A DNA stretch of 63,849 nucleotides, filler included, from Olpidium bornovanus S191 (GCA_017911155.1; 32 parts of 32 records of this genome joined end to end with filler, not necessarily neighbours in it), one strand, 5' to 3'. Counted from the first letter of the whole stretch, positions 13,443-26,193 are shown. Numbers and translations are program-made. The notes: generated by a model from the sequence alone, not told the origin.

Positions 13443-14556
13443 ATGGCCGACGTGGTTGTGCCCGGCCAGCGCCTCGGCTACCTCGACGACTACAGCCCGG
13501 GACCAGGGACTTACGTGCGGGGCGACCTCATACTCGCCTCGGTGGTCGGTTTCCGGAGGGTCGCCGAGGCCACCGTCGCTGAAACCGGAAAGAAACGGAG
13601 CGCGAACGGCGAGCCGCCAGAAGGCGGGGCTGCGGCGGACTCGGAGAAGGATGAAGGCGGCTCCGTGGAGGACGCTGAGCCGGTCCCGCCCGTGCTGTTC
13701 GTAACCAGGGAGAAGGAGAAGACGGGCGTGCCGGACGTGGACAGCATCGTACGTTTCTTTCCTGGTACCCTGGCCGCTGCCGCCCACAGCCCTCGCGGCT
13801 AGAACGCGCCCGCAGAACGTTTTGACCCACGTGTGCTTGTCTTGTTTTGGGGCAGGTCACCGGTCGAGTTGTTAGAGTGCACTCAAAGGCCGCCATGGTG
13901 GCGATAATGGTCGTTGGGTCGTCGCCGTGCCGAGAAGACTTCCAGGGCATCATACGGTATGGAACCCAGGTCCCCCCCCCCCCCCCCCACCTTCCTCCCC
14001 CTAGCGCCTACTATATAATGTTCGCAACTCCCGCTTCGCTCGTTGATGATCGACGCCTGTTTCCGTCTACACAGGACACAGGATGTCCGCGCCGTGGAAA
14101 AGGATGATGTGCAAATATACAAGTGTTTTAGGCCAGGAGACGTTGTCCGCGCGCAAGTGGTGGGTTGCTGTCGCGCGGCTGCCCCGATGCATTTTCTAAA
14201 AACTACGGACAACTTATCCGCCGCGGCTGCGCGTGGTCGTCGGCCGTCCCAGATATCGCTGGGCGACGCCCGTTCGTACCAACTGTCTACCGCGCATAAC
14301 GACCTCGGGGTCATTTTTGCGAAGAGCGTTGCAGGTATGCAGTAATCACTATTGTCAAGTGCGTTCGTTTTTGGTTTTTTTCTTGGACCCGGGAAACGCT
14401 GACGGCTTGTTTCCGCGCTTATGTCGGGCAGGTGCAATGATGGGTCCGATATCCTGGCGGGAGATGATGTGCACCAAGACTAAGGCAATTGAGTTCCGAA
14501 AATGCGCGAAACCCGCCACAAGCGCCGACCCAACACCGCAGGAAAAAGACGCGTAA
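13443..14556 (+). CDS. CSL4: Exosome complex component CSL4 (EXOSC1), five exons, complete
   Basis: MADVVVPGQRLG..YSPGPGTYVRG..ILASVVG / VTGRVVRV..VAIMVVG..EDFQGIIR / TQDVRAVEKDDVQIYKCFRPGDVVRAQV / ISLGDARSYQLSTAHNDLGVIFAKSVAG / MGPISWREMMC..EFRKCAKP..*. Introns are GT-AG. Confidence 0.95.
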
Positions 14557-14854
14557 CGCTTCGAACGGGCGACGAAGCTTCCAATTCGCGAAATTTATTT
14601 TTTTTCTTGATGTTGGGGAACTTCCCATATGTACATGATGATACCCTTTGAATGTTGGCACTGCTGTGGCCTGTATGATGTCATCAGGATGCTGTTGCTG
14701 CAAGCACGAAGAAGGAAACTAAGTGGACAGATACCTGGTCGCCGGGCAGTTGCCNNNNNNNNNNNNNNNNNNNNNNNNNNNNNNNNNNNNNNNNNNNNTT
14801 AATTAATTAANNNNNNNNNNNNNNNNNNNNNNNNNNNNNNNNNNNNNNNNNNNN

Positions 14855-16144
14855 GACTCCTGCGCCATTTGCTTCAACAAGGGAAGCTCGAAGATAAAGC
14901 TGGATGCTTTCCTGACGTTCTTTCAGATGTACTGCCTGAGCAAGAATCCGTTGCCTGTGGACGTCGAGTTCATGGTCAGCGATACTTTTGAGGTAAAAGA
15001 GAGGCGCATGATTTTTTTTGCAAGAATCTGATTTCTGGTAGTTTTTCGGTCCGCGTAGTAACAATACTTTCGTTGGTAAATGCAGCTGCTTCGACCGAAC
15101 CTGAAGCGTTACAGGACTTACGAAGAAGCGGCAGAAGCAGTTGACGCTTTACTGGTTGCAAACCTAAACGCTGTGAAAGGTGAGGCGAGCCATGTCATCC
15201 AACACGACACACGTTCTGATAAACCGCAGAGACTTGATGAGGAATGATGAAGGATATTGACGTCTGCGGAGTCTTGTCGATCCAGGAAATGAGAAGCTTG
15301 TTTGCGACTATGGGAGTGATTCGTCAGATTCCGGTAGCGACGGGGAAGAGGAGGTCGGTCGACTCGACCGTGGCGTCCAGGACGGGGACGAAGGGGACGC
15401 AGAAGTTCAGGAAGATGACGCAGCACAGGAGAACCATAATACTGCTGGTATGGACGAAGACGAGGTTGTCCTCCGCGAACGCCAGCGGGCAATGGACGAA
15501 GCAGATATGGAAGCGGATGCGGAGTTTGAGCGCGAGTTTACCAAACTCATGTCGGAGAGCGTGGACAGCCGCAAGTTTGAGCGCAAAGCCGCCTTCGACC
15601 TGTCCATCCCTATGAAAGTCCGCGCACAAAGTAGGTTGTGGGAAAGAGTATCGGTTTCCGCGTTGGCCTGCTGTGTGACCAAGCCCCTTATCCATATCAT
15701 CGACGGCCTACACCATCAGGTAAAGCAGCAGCTGCGGAACATGGTGACGACGAGGACCGCAAGGGAGTCGCTTTCACGTTGCTCACAAAAAAGGGCAACA
15801 AGCAGCAGCTACGGACTATGGAGATTCCGTCGGATTCGCCCCTCGCCCTGAACACCAAGTCCCAGCAAGAGGCCGAGCGCGAGGAACAGCAGAAGCTCAA
15901 GCAGCTGGTCCTTAGCTATGAACAGCGGGAGAGCCAGGGCTTCCAGCAACCGCAGGGCCGCAGCGAGACCATCTACTTGAGGTACACAATTTCTGCGCCA
16001 GACCACCGGCCGCACCCCGGCACTCAACAGCAGCAACCGGGATCTTCCCGCGGCGCCCACGCCGGTTTGTCTGGCCAATCACGGGGACGGGACAAGCGCG
16101 GCGGCCGGCGGCCACCACCTCAAGCATGGGGACCCGACAGGTGA
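14855..16144 (+). CDS. UPF2: Nonsense-mediated decay factor UPF2/NMD2, 3' part
   Basis: DSCAICFNKGSSKIKLDAFLTFFQMYCLSKNPLPVDVEFMVSDTFE (end of MIF4G-3), an acidic linker, then EADAEFEREFTKLMSESVDSRK..FDLSIPM and VAFTLLTKKGNKQQLRTMEIPSDSPLA (Upf1-binding region). Confidence 0.92.
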
Positions 16145-16868
16145 AGGAAAAGTCAGCCACCAACTATCAACCTGGGCACCCTGGTGCAAAATTTCTCGGT
16201 GGTCAGAGCTCTCTTCTTCCGCTGCGGAGGGAACTCGTGCGATGGTCATTAGCAGGCCGCTGGTCCTTCCGCACCGTGCCTCGCGGCAAATGCGGCGTCT
16301 CGTGCAACCCAAGGATGCGCGAAGGTCGATTTGGCCGAAGCGGAGGAGCTCCGACCCGCCATGAACGTTCAGAGGGGGAAGGGGCCTACGTCAGGACTCA
16401 GAATTTTCCCGGTCCGCTTCGCTACCGCCGCACAGGAACACATGTGTCCCTTTGCATGCCGGGAAGTGACTCCGAAGCCTTTTTCGCTCTCCGCGAGCGT
16501 GTTCGATCGACGACAGTTACTGCAGGATCATGCTGCACGTTCCGCTTGCAATCAATTTCTCTCTTCATTTTTGTTGTCCATAATGCGTTTTGGCACTTCC
16601 GACCCACCCGCCCGAACTGTAGCAAAATTGATCCTCGGTATCTCTGATCATGCGGCACCCTGTTCATTCCTGAGTTCTCTGAAGTGAAGCAACGGATTCA
16701 TAGCTGCGTTTGGGTTTTTGGAAACGAAAGGCTCCTTGGTCTGCGGAGGGCGGCGGGCGATATAAGGCNNNNNNNNNNNNNNNNNNNNNNNNNNNNNNNN
16801 NNNNNNNNNNNNTTAATTAATTAANNNNNNNNNNNNNNNNNNNNNNNNNNNNNNNNNNNNNNNNNNNN

Positions 16869-18267
16869 ACGTAGACGCAGCCTCCAAGTCCGCTCCGACG
16901 TCCGAGTAGAAAGCAGACAGCTCCAGGTCGACGACGTCCGCGACTACAACCATAAAATCAACAAGGCACCGTTTTAGAGATCTCCATGCGCGAGCGAACT
17001 GAGAGGCAGAGCCAGCCGCTGGGAAGATGTTCGTACCCGCTTTTTCGACGGCGGCCGGCGGCGTCTCAGCAGCATGCTCAACGGATGACTGCGGCGCTTC
17101 CGCGGCTATAGCTGGGGCGTACGCCGGGTTCACGTAAGCGCTCGCAAAAGCCTGCTCATCCCAGTAGTAGCACATCCCCGTCCCTTCAGCATCAGGGATC
17201 GTCCAAGGGGTGGGACTGAGAACAGGGATGAAGGAGCCCCGGTGTGAGAAGGTGACGTTTACCACTCCACCGTTAACAACGATGGGTGTTGTGACCGAGG
17301 CAGAAAGGAGTCGGGTGGCGTTCTAAGTGAAAAGAAGGAGAAGAAAGAAAAAAGGGAAATCGTCAAGCAAGAAGCACAGGCAAACTTTCCGGACGCCTCG
17401 GCAACGAGGGACGCAGAGAGGGACGCAAATGAAGGCGTCTCACCGACCTCCGTCGTTTCGCATTGAACAAAGGCATAGCCCCAAGAAACACGCGCAAGCC
17501 GATCTCTGACGAGCAGCACCCGCACGACGGGTTCAATGCTGTTCGTTGCCGCAAACACCGCCTCTTCGTTGCACAGTGGATCCAGTCCCCTGACGAGTAG
17601 CATATTGTTGGGCACACTGCCGACGTCACGCGCACCGTCGTTCACAGCAGCAACGGGAACGGGCGCCCGAGGCTGGGCAATTGGACGGTTCTGGTACGAG
17701 GCTCTATCTGCAAATCCGGCATCCGTCGTGAGGCAGCCAGCCGGAAGCACTCCAAGAGAGCATTTCGCTCTCTACCGTTTTCACGGCAGCTCACCTTGCC
17801 GGAATGCAGAGCACCGTATGCATCGATCTCTTGATCCAACGTTCATCGCTCGACACTAAGACCAAACCAGCAACCGTCACGCCAAGACGGATTCCATTAG
17901 CCGCCACTGGGCAAACTGTCCGGACGATCAAAATTGGCGCTCGCCAAACATACCTGCTGACATAGCCAATCCTGACCGGACTCCGGCCGAGAAGGCCGTA
18001 CGCTATAATCGATGCGAACGCGGTAGCTATCGATATCGATGAACGGGAAGTGCTGGTTTACAAACTGTGTGGCGTGCTCCACTGACGAAAATCGCGCAAA
18101 CCCAAAGCATCTGGAAAGGCCTGGAAACCAGAAAACCCAATGAAAATGCCGCGTTAGTAATTCGGTGGGTTTCGCACTCCACTTCAAATTGGAGGCTAAA
18201 AAAGACGTAGTCAATACCGGTCTGCTTGTCCCGCACGACGTTGGCGCCTTCGATGTTTATCTGCATG
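16869..18267 (-). CDS. RBM5/RBM10-like RNA-binding protein (RRM, RanBP2-type zinc finger, RRM), internal fragment
   Basis: VVRDKQTG..SRCFGFARFSSVEHATQFV..RVRIDYS..DWLCQQ; second RRM NNMLLVRGLDPLCNEEAVF..VLLVRDRLARVSWGYAFVQ; then a YYWD segment. Confidence 0.8.
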
Positions 18268-18762
18268 NNNNNNNNNNNNNNNNNNNNNNNNNNNNNNNNN
18301 NNNNNNNNNNNTTAATTAATTAANNNNNNNNNNNNNNNNNNNNNNNNNNNNNNNNNNNNNNNNNNNNCATGTCCTCGCGGGCGCGCTAATCGTGAGCTCT
18401 TGTTCTCAATGACAAACGCGCACACCTCCAGTGTTTGCGGCACGACAAGAGTAATTTGTGTGCGGAAGGACAGCAAAGCCTAGAATTTGATGGCCGGACG
18501 GGAGGGCGGCAACCACGTTTTCGCAATCTCGGGGCTGATCTGCACGCGTGTGATCGCTCCTCATCGCTCGCCAACGGTTGAGCGTTGTTGCAGAAGTTGC
18601 GGCGCTGAGGGCCTAAGAGAATGTCCTGTGAAGTCCGCTGAGTCTAAGAAATGCAAGGCAAAAAAAAGTGAGGGCAGAGCCGAGGCGGTTCGCAGGGTTT
18701 CTGATTGGCCGTGACGATAGGGAGGCGCGCCGAGAAAATTTTTTACTTCGGAGGTCACTCAC

Positions 18763-19211
18763 GCTTCGTCACAGAACGTGTCTGCCGTTATGCGGTTTCT
18801 CGACGCCCCTGCCGGCTGCGGATTCGGCTTCGAGACGCCGATGTCGGCCATCGCTGCATCGGACGTTCGAAAAAAGAAAAAAAAACGAGATTGTTTGATC
18901 GGAGTGTCTAAATTTCAGAGCAGTGGCCACTCCTCAAAAAGACGAACGGAGATTTTATTTTTTTCTGACAACGTGTGATTTTTTTTTTTTTTTTCTCGCC
19001 GGCGTGTGCGCGGGGAGATCGAAGTTTTTGTGCGCCTTGCCTTCCAGGTACTGCTCGAGGGTGATGTACCCTTTCTCCGTCACGTCGAAGATTTTGAACA
19101 GGGCGATCACGTTTTCGCGGGTGAAAAGGTTCAGCGAGCACGGCTTGGACCGAGTCGGCGGGCTCTGCTTCAGCTCCTGCAGCTTTCTGCGGATGAATTC
19201 ACGCGGGTTCG
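18763..19211 (-). CDS. EFCAB10: EFCAB10-like EF-hand protein (cilia-associated), two exons
   Basis: NPREFIRRKLQELKQS..LNLFTRENVIALFKIFDVTEKGYITLEQYLE | AMADIGVSKPNPQPAGASRNRITADTFCDEA. The PREF..L, F..FD...GYIT..QY and LG/IG...ITxDTF pattern matches EFCAB10 as I recall it. Confidence 0.7.
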
Positions 19212-19488
19212 CTGCCCGCGCGGTGACAGACGAAAAAAAGGGGGGGGGGGGAGGGAGGAATAGGCGGCGAAGGAAGGGTTTTTGTCGGTCGGGGGGCCGC
19301 CGTTTCGCAAGAATTTGCTCCCTCGCGGGTTGGGGAGGAAGCGGGGGGGGGGGGGGGGGAAAAACCCCCCCCGGCCACCCCCGGGAAAAAAAAAAAAAAA
19401 AAAATCACACGTTGTCAGAAAAAAATAAAATCTCCGTTCGTCTTTTTGAGGAGTGGCCACTGCTCTGAAATTTAGACACTCCGATCAA
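18895..19488. repeat. Perfect ~100-bp inverted repeat (18895-18994 vs ~19386-19488) at the contig end
   Basis: The last ~100 nt of the contig are the exact reverse complement of TTGATCGGAGTGTCTAAATTTCAGAGCAGTGG...ACGTGTGATTTTT inside the EFCAB10-like intron. Confidence 0.95.
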
Positions 19489-19729
19489 NNNNNNNNNNNN
19501 NNNNNNNNNNNNNNNNNNNNNNNNNNNNNNNNTTAATTAATTAANNNNNNNNNNNNNNNNNNNNNNNNNNNNNNNNNNNNNNNNNNNNCCCGTTTTTTTT
19601 TTTTTTTTTTTTTTGTGCCCAAGAGCCGGCGCACCAAGGTTGACGTGGGGATGAGGGAGGTGGGAATGGGGGGGAGTGAGGGCAGGCGGGGTCACACGCG
19701 TCCGTCTCACCGGAACCTCGATGGCCTGT

Positions 19730-21150
19730 ATCTCCAGAACCACCACGCCGCCAACGCGGCGAAGAGCGCCGTGGACAGGTAGGCGGACAGCGGCATGTAG
19801 TAATCCTCGACCGCCAGGTGGGTCATGACGCCGTCCCCGGAAGCGCCGTTCCGCCGCGCGTACGGGTACGGGGTGAGGATGGTCGCTTGTCCCTTAGCGT
19901 GAGGGTGCGGGGCGGTGTCGGCGGCGTCGCGCGGTGGTGGCGGGCGGTGATGGGGAAAAAGAAAGGAGGGGGAAAGCTCGTGGTCGGCGACAGTTTTTTT
20001 TTTCTTATTTTTTTTATGGCCCTCTCTCACTCACTCTCCTCTCAATTTCTCCTTCTCCTTCTCTCTCTGTCTCTCTCAAAAAAAAACCCCCCCAAATAAA
20101 AAAAAAACCTCGTAGCTAAGCTCGCCCGCGTTGGAGGGGGTGTAGATCACGACGTAATACCGGTTCCGCACGGGCAGCTCGAACGCGACCGACGAGTTTC
20201 CCGCCACCTGAGCGCGCCCGTACGACGGGTAGTTCGGATGTTTGAAGCTCGTGCTCTGCAGCACGTCGACCTGGCCGGAAAAAAAGAATTTTCCGAAGCG
20301 ACGGGAGAGTGGGGGCAGGGCAAGGGGAGGATGGAATTGGGGGGTGAAAGGGGAAGAGGGGGGGGGGGCGGGGGGTAAGAAAGCGGGCTTTTCCCTTCCT
20401 TTGTCCGTCAAACCACGGGGAAAAAGAAAAGAAACGGGAGGTGAAGGGGGAAGGGGGGGGGGGGGGGGGGATTGGGGAAGGCGAGAGGAGCTCACGATTT
20501 GAACGTAAGAGTACACCACCACCACGGCCACCGTGTCTTTGGGCTATGCGGATCGAGAAGAGCGAAATGAGTGGTAAAGAGGAAGAGGGTCCCGGAAGGG
20601 GGACCGGGGGGGGGACCGGGGGAAGGGGTAAGAAGGCATCAGTCGGGATTCGCATTCTCTCTCTCTCTCTCTGTCTCGCGCGCAAACAAAAACGTCGCAA
20701 CGGCGCTCTCACCCTCAAGCAGACGTCGAGCTCTATCCGCCCGCCCGCGTCGACGCCGAGTTTCAGGAGGACGATTTCCAGGGTGTGCTGGAGGCTGAGG
20801 GAGGGAAGGGTATGGGGAAGTGGGGCGGGAAAAAAAGGGCAATTTTAATTCCTCTGGTCGCACCAGCCTTTGCCCCACTTCGGCGACGGAGAAGAGAGAG
20901 AGAGAGAAAGAAAAAAAAGAAAGAGAAAGCCGCCTCGCCGGGGCCGATTCAATATACGGGACATGGTTCACTTCTCCGACCCCTTCGCCCGCCAATTCCA
21001 CCTTAAACAACCCCTCCACTCCCCCGATCCCGGGCGCCCGACAAACTCACGGTGACGACGGCGACGTGTATGCGTACGGGACCACGGTCCCGCTGAAATC
21101 GACGTGGAACGCGCACGCGGAAGGCGGAGACCTCGAGAGGAACATACACG
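19730..21150 (-). CDS. Multi-exon membrane protein, possibly GPR107/108 (lung 7-TM receptor)-like, 5' part
   Basis: Exons with GT-AG borders: HTLEIVLLKLGVDAGGRIELDVCLR; VDVLQSTSFKHPNYPSYG..FELPVRNRYYVVIY; GQATILTPYPYARRNG..HLAVEDYYMPLSAYLSTALFAALAAWWFW (first TM helix). The family call is tentative. Confidence 0.45.
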
Positions 21151-21934
21151 ACGGGCTGAAGAGGAGGAGGAGGAGGAGAAAGAGGCGGGAGGAGGCTTTC
21201 CTCCCCCTCGCCCGCCGCCGAGCTGCTCCGCCGGAAACGTTGCGCGGCGGCATTTTTCTTTTTTTCCCTTTTGGTTTTTTTTTCCTCCCTCCCCCCCCGC
21301 CTGCCGTTGGGATTTTCTCTGACGGAAGTGCGCGGTCCGTCCCCATTTTCCCCCCTCGACGGCCCGCCTCTCATTTGCACCGCCCGCCCGCCCGCGAGTC
21401 TTTTGTCGCCCNNNNNNNNNNNNNNNNNNNNNNNNNNNNNNNNNNNNNNNNNNNNTTAATTAATTAANNNNNNNNNNNNNNNNNNNNNNNNNNNNNNNNN
21501 NNNNNNNNNNNCATGAAACGGTAAGGTTCGGGCTGTAAGTACTGAATGAACACACACTCCCGGCCACGGTAACACTTCAAACCTTCCCACGTTTCGTTTC
21601 ATCTCTTTGCTTCCATCGGCAACGAGAATACTCCGGCGTGAACCAGATCTGCGGATCAGCGGTGCTGCTTTTTGTCTTGACGCTAGCCGTTTTCACTTCC
21701 TTCATCCCAGCCGAATTTTACGCTGCCTTGCAGACCGACGCCTCCAGCGCCGGCGGCATAGGTACCGTCCTTACACAGGTGGAGAGGTGGACAGAGATAT
21801 CTCAACTGAAGTCTTCGGGAAACCCTTAAAAAACACCCTGGTAGATTCTGCAGCCAATGCTCCTGAAGTCGCAAAAGAAGGATGCTCTCTTGTTCTTTGA
21901 TGTCTGCACCTACCTACCTTATTGCGCCCGCTGG

Positions 21935-24200
21935 CTACCGCTGAAAGACGACCCGGGGGAGGGTGCGTGGGCGGAATTCGGAGGGGCCCCAAAGAAACCG
22001 TCGCTCCTTTTGGCGTACCATCCTCGCATAATTCGAGGGCCCTCCGTCGTCGGTGGTCGAGAGACGCACGACGACCGGCGCGCACTGCGCAGTCGCGGTC
22101 CCAGGTTTCCGCACGCACGGAGTGCGACCGCAGGCCTTCCCCCACCCGCTGATCAGAAAAGCACCAAAAGAGCCGGACGCCGTCGTCAAGCGACGGTAAC
22201 CCCCGAAAAATAAATCCATTAATCCCCCTTCTTCTTTCGGCGAACGGGTGACAATCTAATATAACCTTCCGTTGTCGGCAGGGGGGAAGGCAAGACTCTA
22301 ACGTTGAGCGGGAAACGACAGCGGAAAAGACCGAAAAAAAGTATCTTTTACTCCCTGCCGATCGCTCTTTCCAGGAAAGACCGGTACAAGCTCGCGTAAA
22401 CGCCGTCCTCGTTGCGGAGAAGTTCGGTATGGGTTCCTTTACCGCGAGGTAAATGAAACCACGAATTTTAGGATGGCGGGCAAAAAAATGGTTGGGGGGG
22501 AGGGAAGGCGGGAAACGACAAAAAAAAGGAAAAAAAAACCGAGGGGAAAAGAATAAGCGAAGGAAAAATTTGGACGGCACCGTGACAGGAACTCCAAACG
22601 AACGCCGTGTCCGCGGCCTCCCGAAAAAAGTTTGCCGCACCTTTTCCGATTATGTTACAGGGGGCCCCGCCCATGACCACGATCATGTCCGCGTTCTGAA
22701 TGGTGCTGAGACGGTGCGCTATCACGACTGCGCGAAGCGAGAAAAACGCGAAAAAATAACGGCGTCCGCTTTGTGAGGAAGGAAGATTAGGTGAAATCGT
22801 TGCCGGCGCCCTTCATCCGCCCACCACTTCAACTTTTTCTTCTGCTTCGCGGTCGCCTGATCGAGATCCCAGAGAGGCCAAACGCGCACGTGCGCGCACT
22901 CGAGGCAACCCCCCCCCCCCCCCCTTTTTTTTTTTTTTCCTTCTCCAAACTCCGCGACAATCAACCCGTGAAACGGCACCACGCTGGAGATTCTCAACTT
23001 GTTGTCCGGTTCTTCATCAGCTTGTCCAACGATTCCTGGACGAGAGCTTCCGAATGACCTAATCCCGCGCGCGGGGTGTGTGAAAACCGGGCGTGACGTT
23101 TCCGATCCACTGGTAGGAAACACCACGCATTTTCCTTACTGTCCAGTGCGCTTGTGGCCTCATCAAGGATCTGCGTTGGCTCAAACCGGTGAGGAACACA
23201 CGCGCGAGCAGGTTGTCCCCGCGTATTGTACGTCCTATGGTCTAACTTACGAGAATCTGTGGGCGTTTCCCCAGGCGATAAAACGCACCAAAAAATGTCA
23301 ATAATTCCGAGATTCAATCTCCAGAAACGTCCCATAGACTAGCGATCAGGCACCTCACCTTCGGGTCTTTTAGAAGCGCGCGAGCTATGGCTATCCGCTG
23401 CTTTTGACCTTCATATTATTATTTTTTTTTTGGTTCACAACACACGAGCGTCGGACAGCAGTCAGGCTCGTTTCGCCGATGGTTGCGCCGTGAGAACCGC
23501 AGTTACTGCACGGACGCGAAACCATGCGGACATCCCATCTTAGTCCATGAGGTTTTCGCCCACCTCCGGACAGCGTCACGCCCCGTTCGCCGAGTATTGT
23601 ATCGTACTTCTCGGGTAACGACATAATGAACTCATGGGCGTTCGCCTTCCTCGCCGCCTCCACAACCTGTTCGGGCGTGGCCTCCGGGTTACCAAACCGG
23701 ATGTTGTCGAGTATACTCATTGCGAACAAAGACGGCTCTTGGTTGATGTAGCCGATATGCCGCCGGAGCCCTGGGCAACGCGTCCTAATCCCTTAGCCCG
23801 AACGCAGTAAATGCCGCTTCCTGCCCGCGCCTAATATTCTGTACATCACGCAGCCTGCCACGTACATCGCGGGTCGTAAACTCGGATGTCACGACCGTCA
23901 ACAAGAATCTCTCCCGCGGTTGGGTCGTAAAACCGCTCGATCAGCGCGCCGACAGTCGATTTCCCCCCGCCCGACGAGCTTAACGAGGGCAACCGAGAGT
24001 TTGAAAACACAGGAGCATCGAACGAATGGTGTTTTACAGCGCATTACCGCGAAAAACGGACGGGTTCTTACCCACCCGCAAAGAGCGATAACTTTGCCTT
24101 TCGGGATCACCAGGTCGAACTTCGAAAACACCTGATGCTTTGGCCTCGAAGGGTACGCGAAATCCACGCTCCTAAACTCGATGTCGCCTATCAACCGCAA
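21935..24200 (-). CDS. ABCB-type ABC transporter (MDL1/ABCB8/ABCB10-like), nucleotide-binding domain exons
   Basis: [16 protein letters not shown]; Walker [10 protein letters not shown]; IERFYDP; [21 protein letters not shown]; [21 protein letters not shown]; Walker [11 protein letters not shown]; [12 protein letters not shown]. Confidence 0.93.
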
Positions 24201-25344
24201 AAAAAAAAGCCGTTATCATGCAGACTGGCAACGCTTCACGAGTTCCCGCAGCCTCCAGGTGAAAAACAGCCACCCACACCTTCCAGCTTGTCCGGGGAAT
24301 ATCCCCCGGTGGTCGGAATTGTCGGCCTAATGTGCANNNNNNNNNNNNNNNNNNNNNNNNNNNNNNNNNNNNNNNNNNNNTTAATTAATTAANNNNNNNN
24401 NNNNNNNNNNNNNNNNNNNNNNNNNNNNNNNNNNNNCAAAAAAAAAAAAAAAAAAAAAAAAAAGGAAAAACAAACCCCCCCCCCCCCCTCCCCCCCTTCC
24501 GGGGGGTGGGGGGTTTTCTTTTTCCCTTTTTTTTTTTTTTTTTTTTTTTTTTTGGGACCTTTTCGTGGTCGGGCTTGCGCGTGTGCGCACGCACACCAGT
24601 TTTTCTGTGAAAAACCGCTGAGGCGGGGCGCCCCCGCCTGCGTTCCCGCACTACGCGCACCCAACCCTTCTTGGTCCCCTGCCCCGTCCTCCTCCCTCCT
24701 TGGCTCCAAAACTCATCATTCTCCCCCTTCCCAGACTGTGAAACGCAGCGGCGGGCGTTGCAATGGCGAGATGCGCGGATGTCGCCCGCCGCGGTTTTCT
24801 TCTTCTGTCGTGATTCCCGAACCGCAAAGTTTTAGGCCATCGAATTTTCGCAAAACATTTTAATTCAAAAGCCGTCACTAAAAATCAAACAGCATAACAC
24901 CCCCCCCCCCCTCCCCCAAGACGGTTTCCACATTTGATACCCCGATGTCCGCAGATTAGAGAATTTATTTATTTTTAGTCGGGGGCAGACAGGCTTCAGC
25001 CAGAATGTGAATTTCTGCAAATATTTGCGGATATCCGGAATCGTATTATCGTTGTGAGAAGCAAAAAGTGCTCAAATTAAGGCCAAAAAAACAAAATAAA
25101 GAAGGGAAACCTCATCCGCCCATCAAAAACCAGAGCGCAGCTTTTGCTTTCCAGTCTCGCTGGTTGGATGCCCGCATTTTCTTCACTTGCAAGCTTTTGC
25201 GATTTGCGTCATTCCTCGTTTGCTCTGGCCCCGGCCACGACATCCCTCGTTAAATTCGGCAAATGTAAGAGCTCCTCACTGTCCGCCCCTCCTTCTCCTC
25301 AGTGTTCACCGGCTGCGCTCAGAGTGTCAAAGCAGCTGCTCGGA

Positions 25345-25385
<41 letters not shown>

Positions 25386-25569
25386 CCTCTTTCTCTCGGC
25401 CGCCCTGCTGGGCACCGGAAGGAAAGACGGAGCGGGGCCAGCTTGGCGAGTTAGTTCGGCGGGGATGNNNNNNNNNNNNNNNNNNNNNNNNNNNNNNNNN
25501 NNNNNNNNNNNTTAATTAATTAANNNNNNNNNNNNNNNNNNNNNNNNNNNNNNNNNNNNNNNNNNNNCA

Positions 25570-26193
25570 TGCAAGCAGCGCGGCGATTCGCCGCTCAAGT
25601 TTTCCCTGGAAGACATCCTAAACGACGGCACGGAATTTGCGGCTGTCGGCGGCGGCACGCGCAGCGACAGGAAGGCCATTGCCGGCAGCGCCCACAGCTG
25701 GATGTTTGGCGAGGAGGGCTCAGAGTCGTCGTCAACCCGGCTGTTCGGCGGAGGGGGCAGCGTGATGCCAAAGCTGAAGTCCCGGGGAATCCTCTCGACT
25801 TCCTCGTCGTTGCCGGTGTTCCTTTCAGGCATCGACGAGCTCGTCGGGAATTCCGATTCTTCCCAGAGGATGAAATCGCGGAACGCCGGGCGGGCGTCGC
25901 CGCTCCTTTACTCCTCCGCGTCATCGCCAGACCTCTTCGCCAGGCCGTCCAACTTCAAACAGGCGGACGCGGCGGCGGCTTTAGAAGTGCGGCCGGCGAA
26001 CGACCACCGTCCTGAAGTTGCTCCGCTCGCCGGCGCCCATTACGAGGCATTGCTTACGGACGACACGATCCCCCCGAACTCCTCGGAGACCACAAAGGTT
26101 GACGATGCCCGGCAGGCAAAGCCCTTTTTATTCGGCCTCACCGGTGGCTCGGCCTTCGACAACGATAGTCTGACGGCAAACGTGTGGTCCTGA
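25570..26193 (+). CDS. Hypothetical Ser-rich protein, C-terminal part
   Basis: Frame open from the contig start to TGA at 26193 (..SPLKFSLEDILNDG..AFDNDSLTANVWS*). No recognisable domain. Confidence 0.55.
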   Translation, partial: CKQRGDSPLKFSLEDILNDGTEFAAVGGGTRSDRKAIAGSAHSWMFGEEGSESSSTRLFGGGGSVMPKLKSRGILSTSSSLPVFLSGIDELVGNSDSSQRMKSRNAGRASPLLYSSASSPDLFARPSNFKQADAAAALEVRPANDHRPEVAPLAGAHYEALLTDDTIPPNSSETTKVDDARQAKPFLFGLTGGSAFDNDSLTANVWS

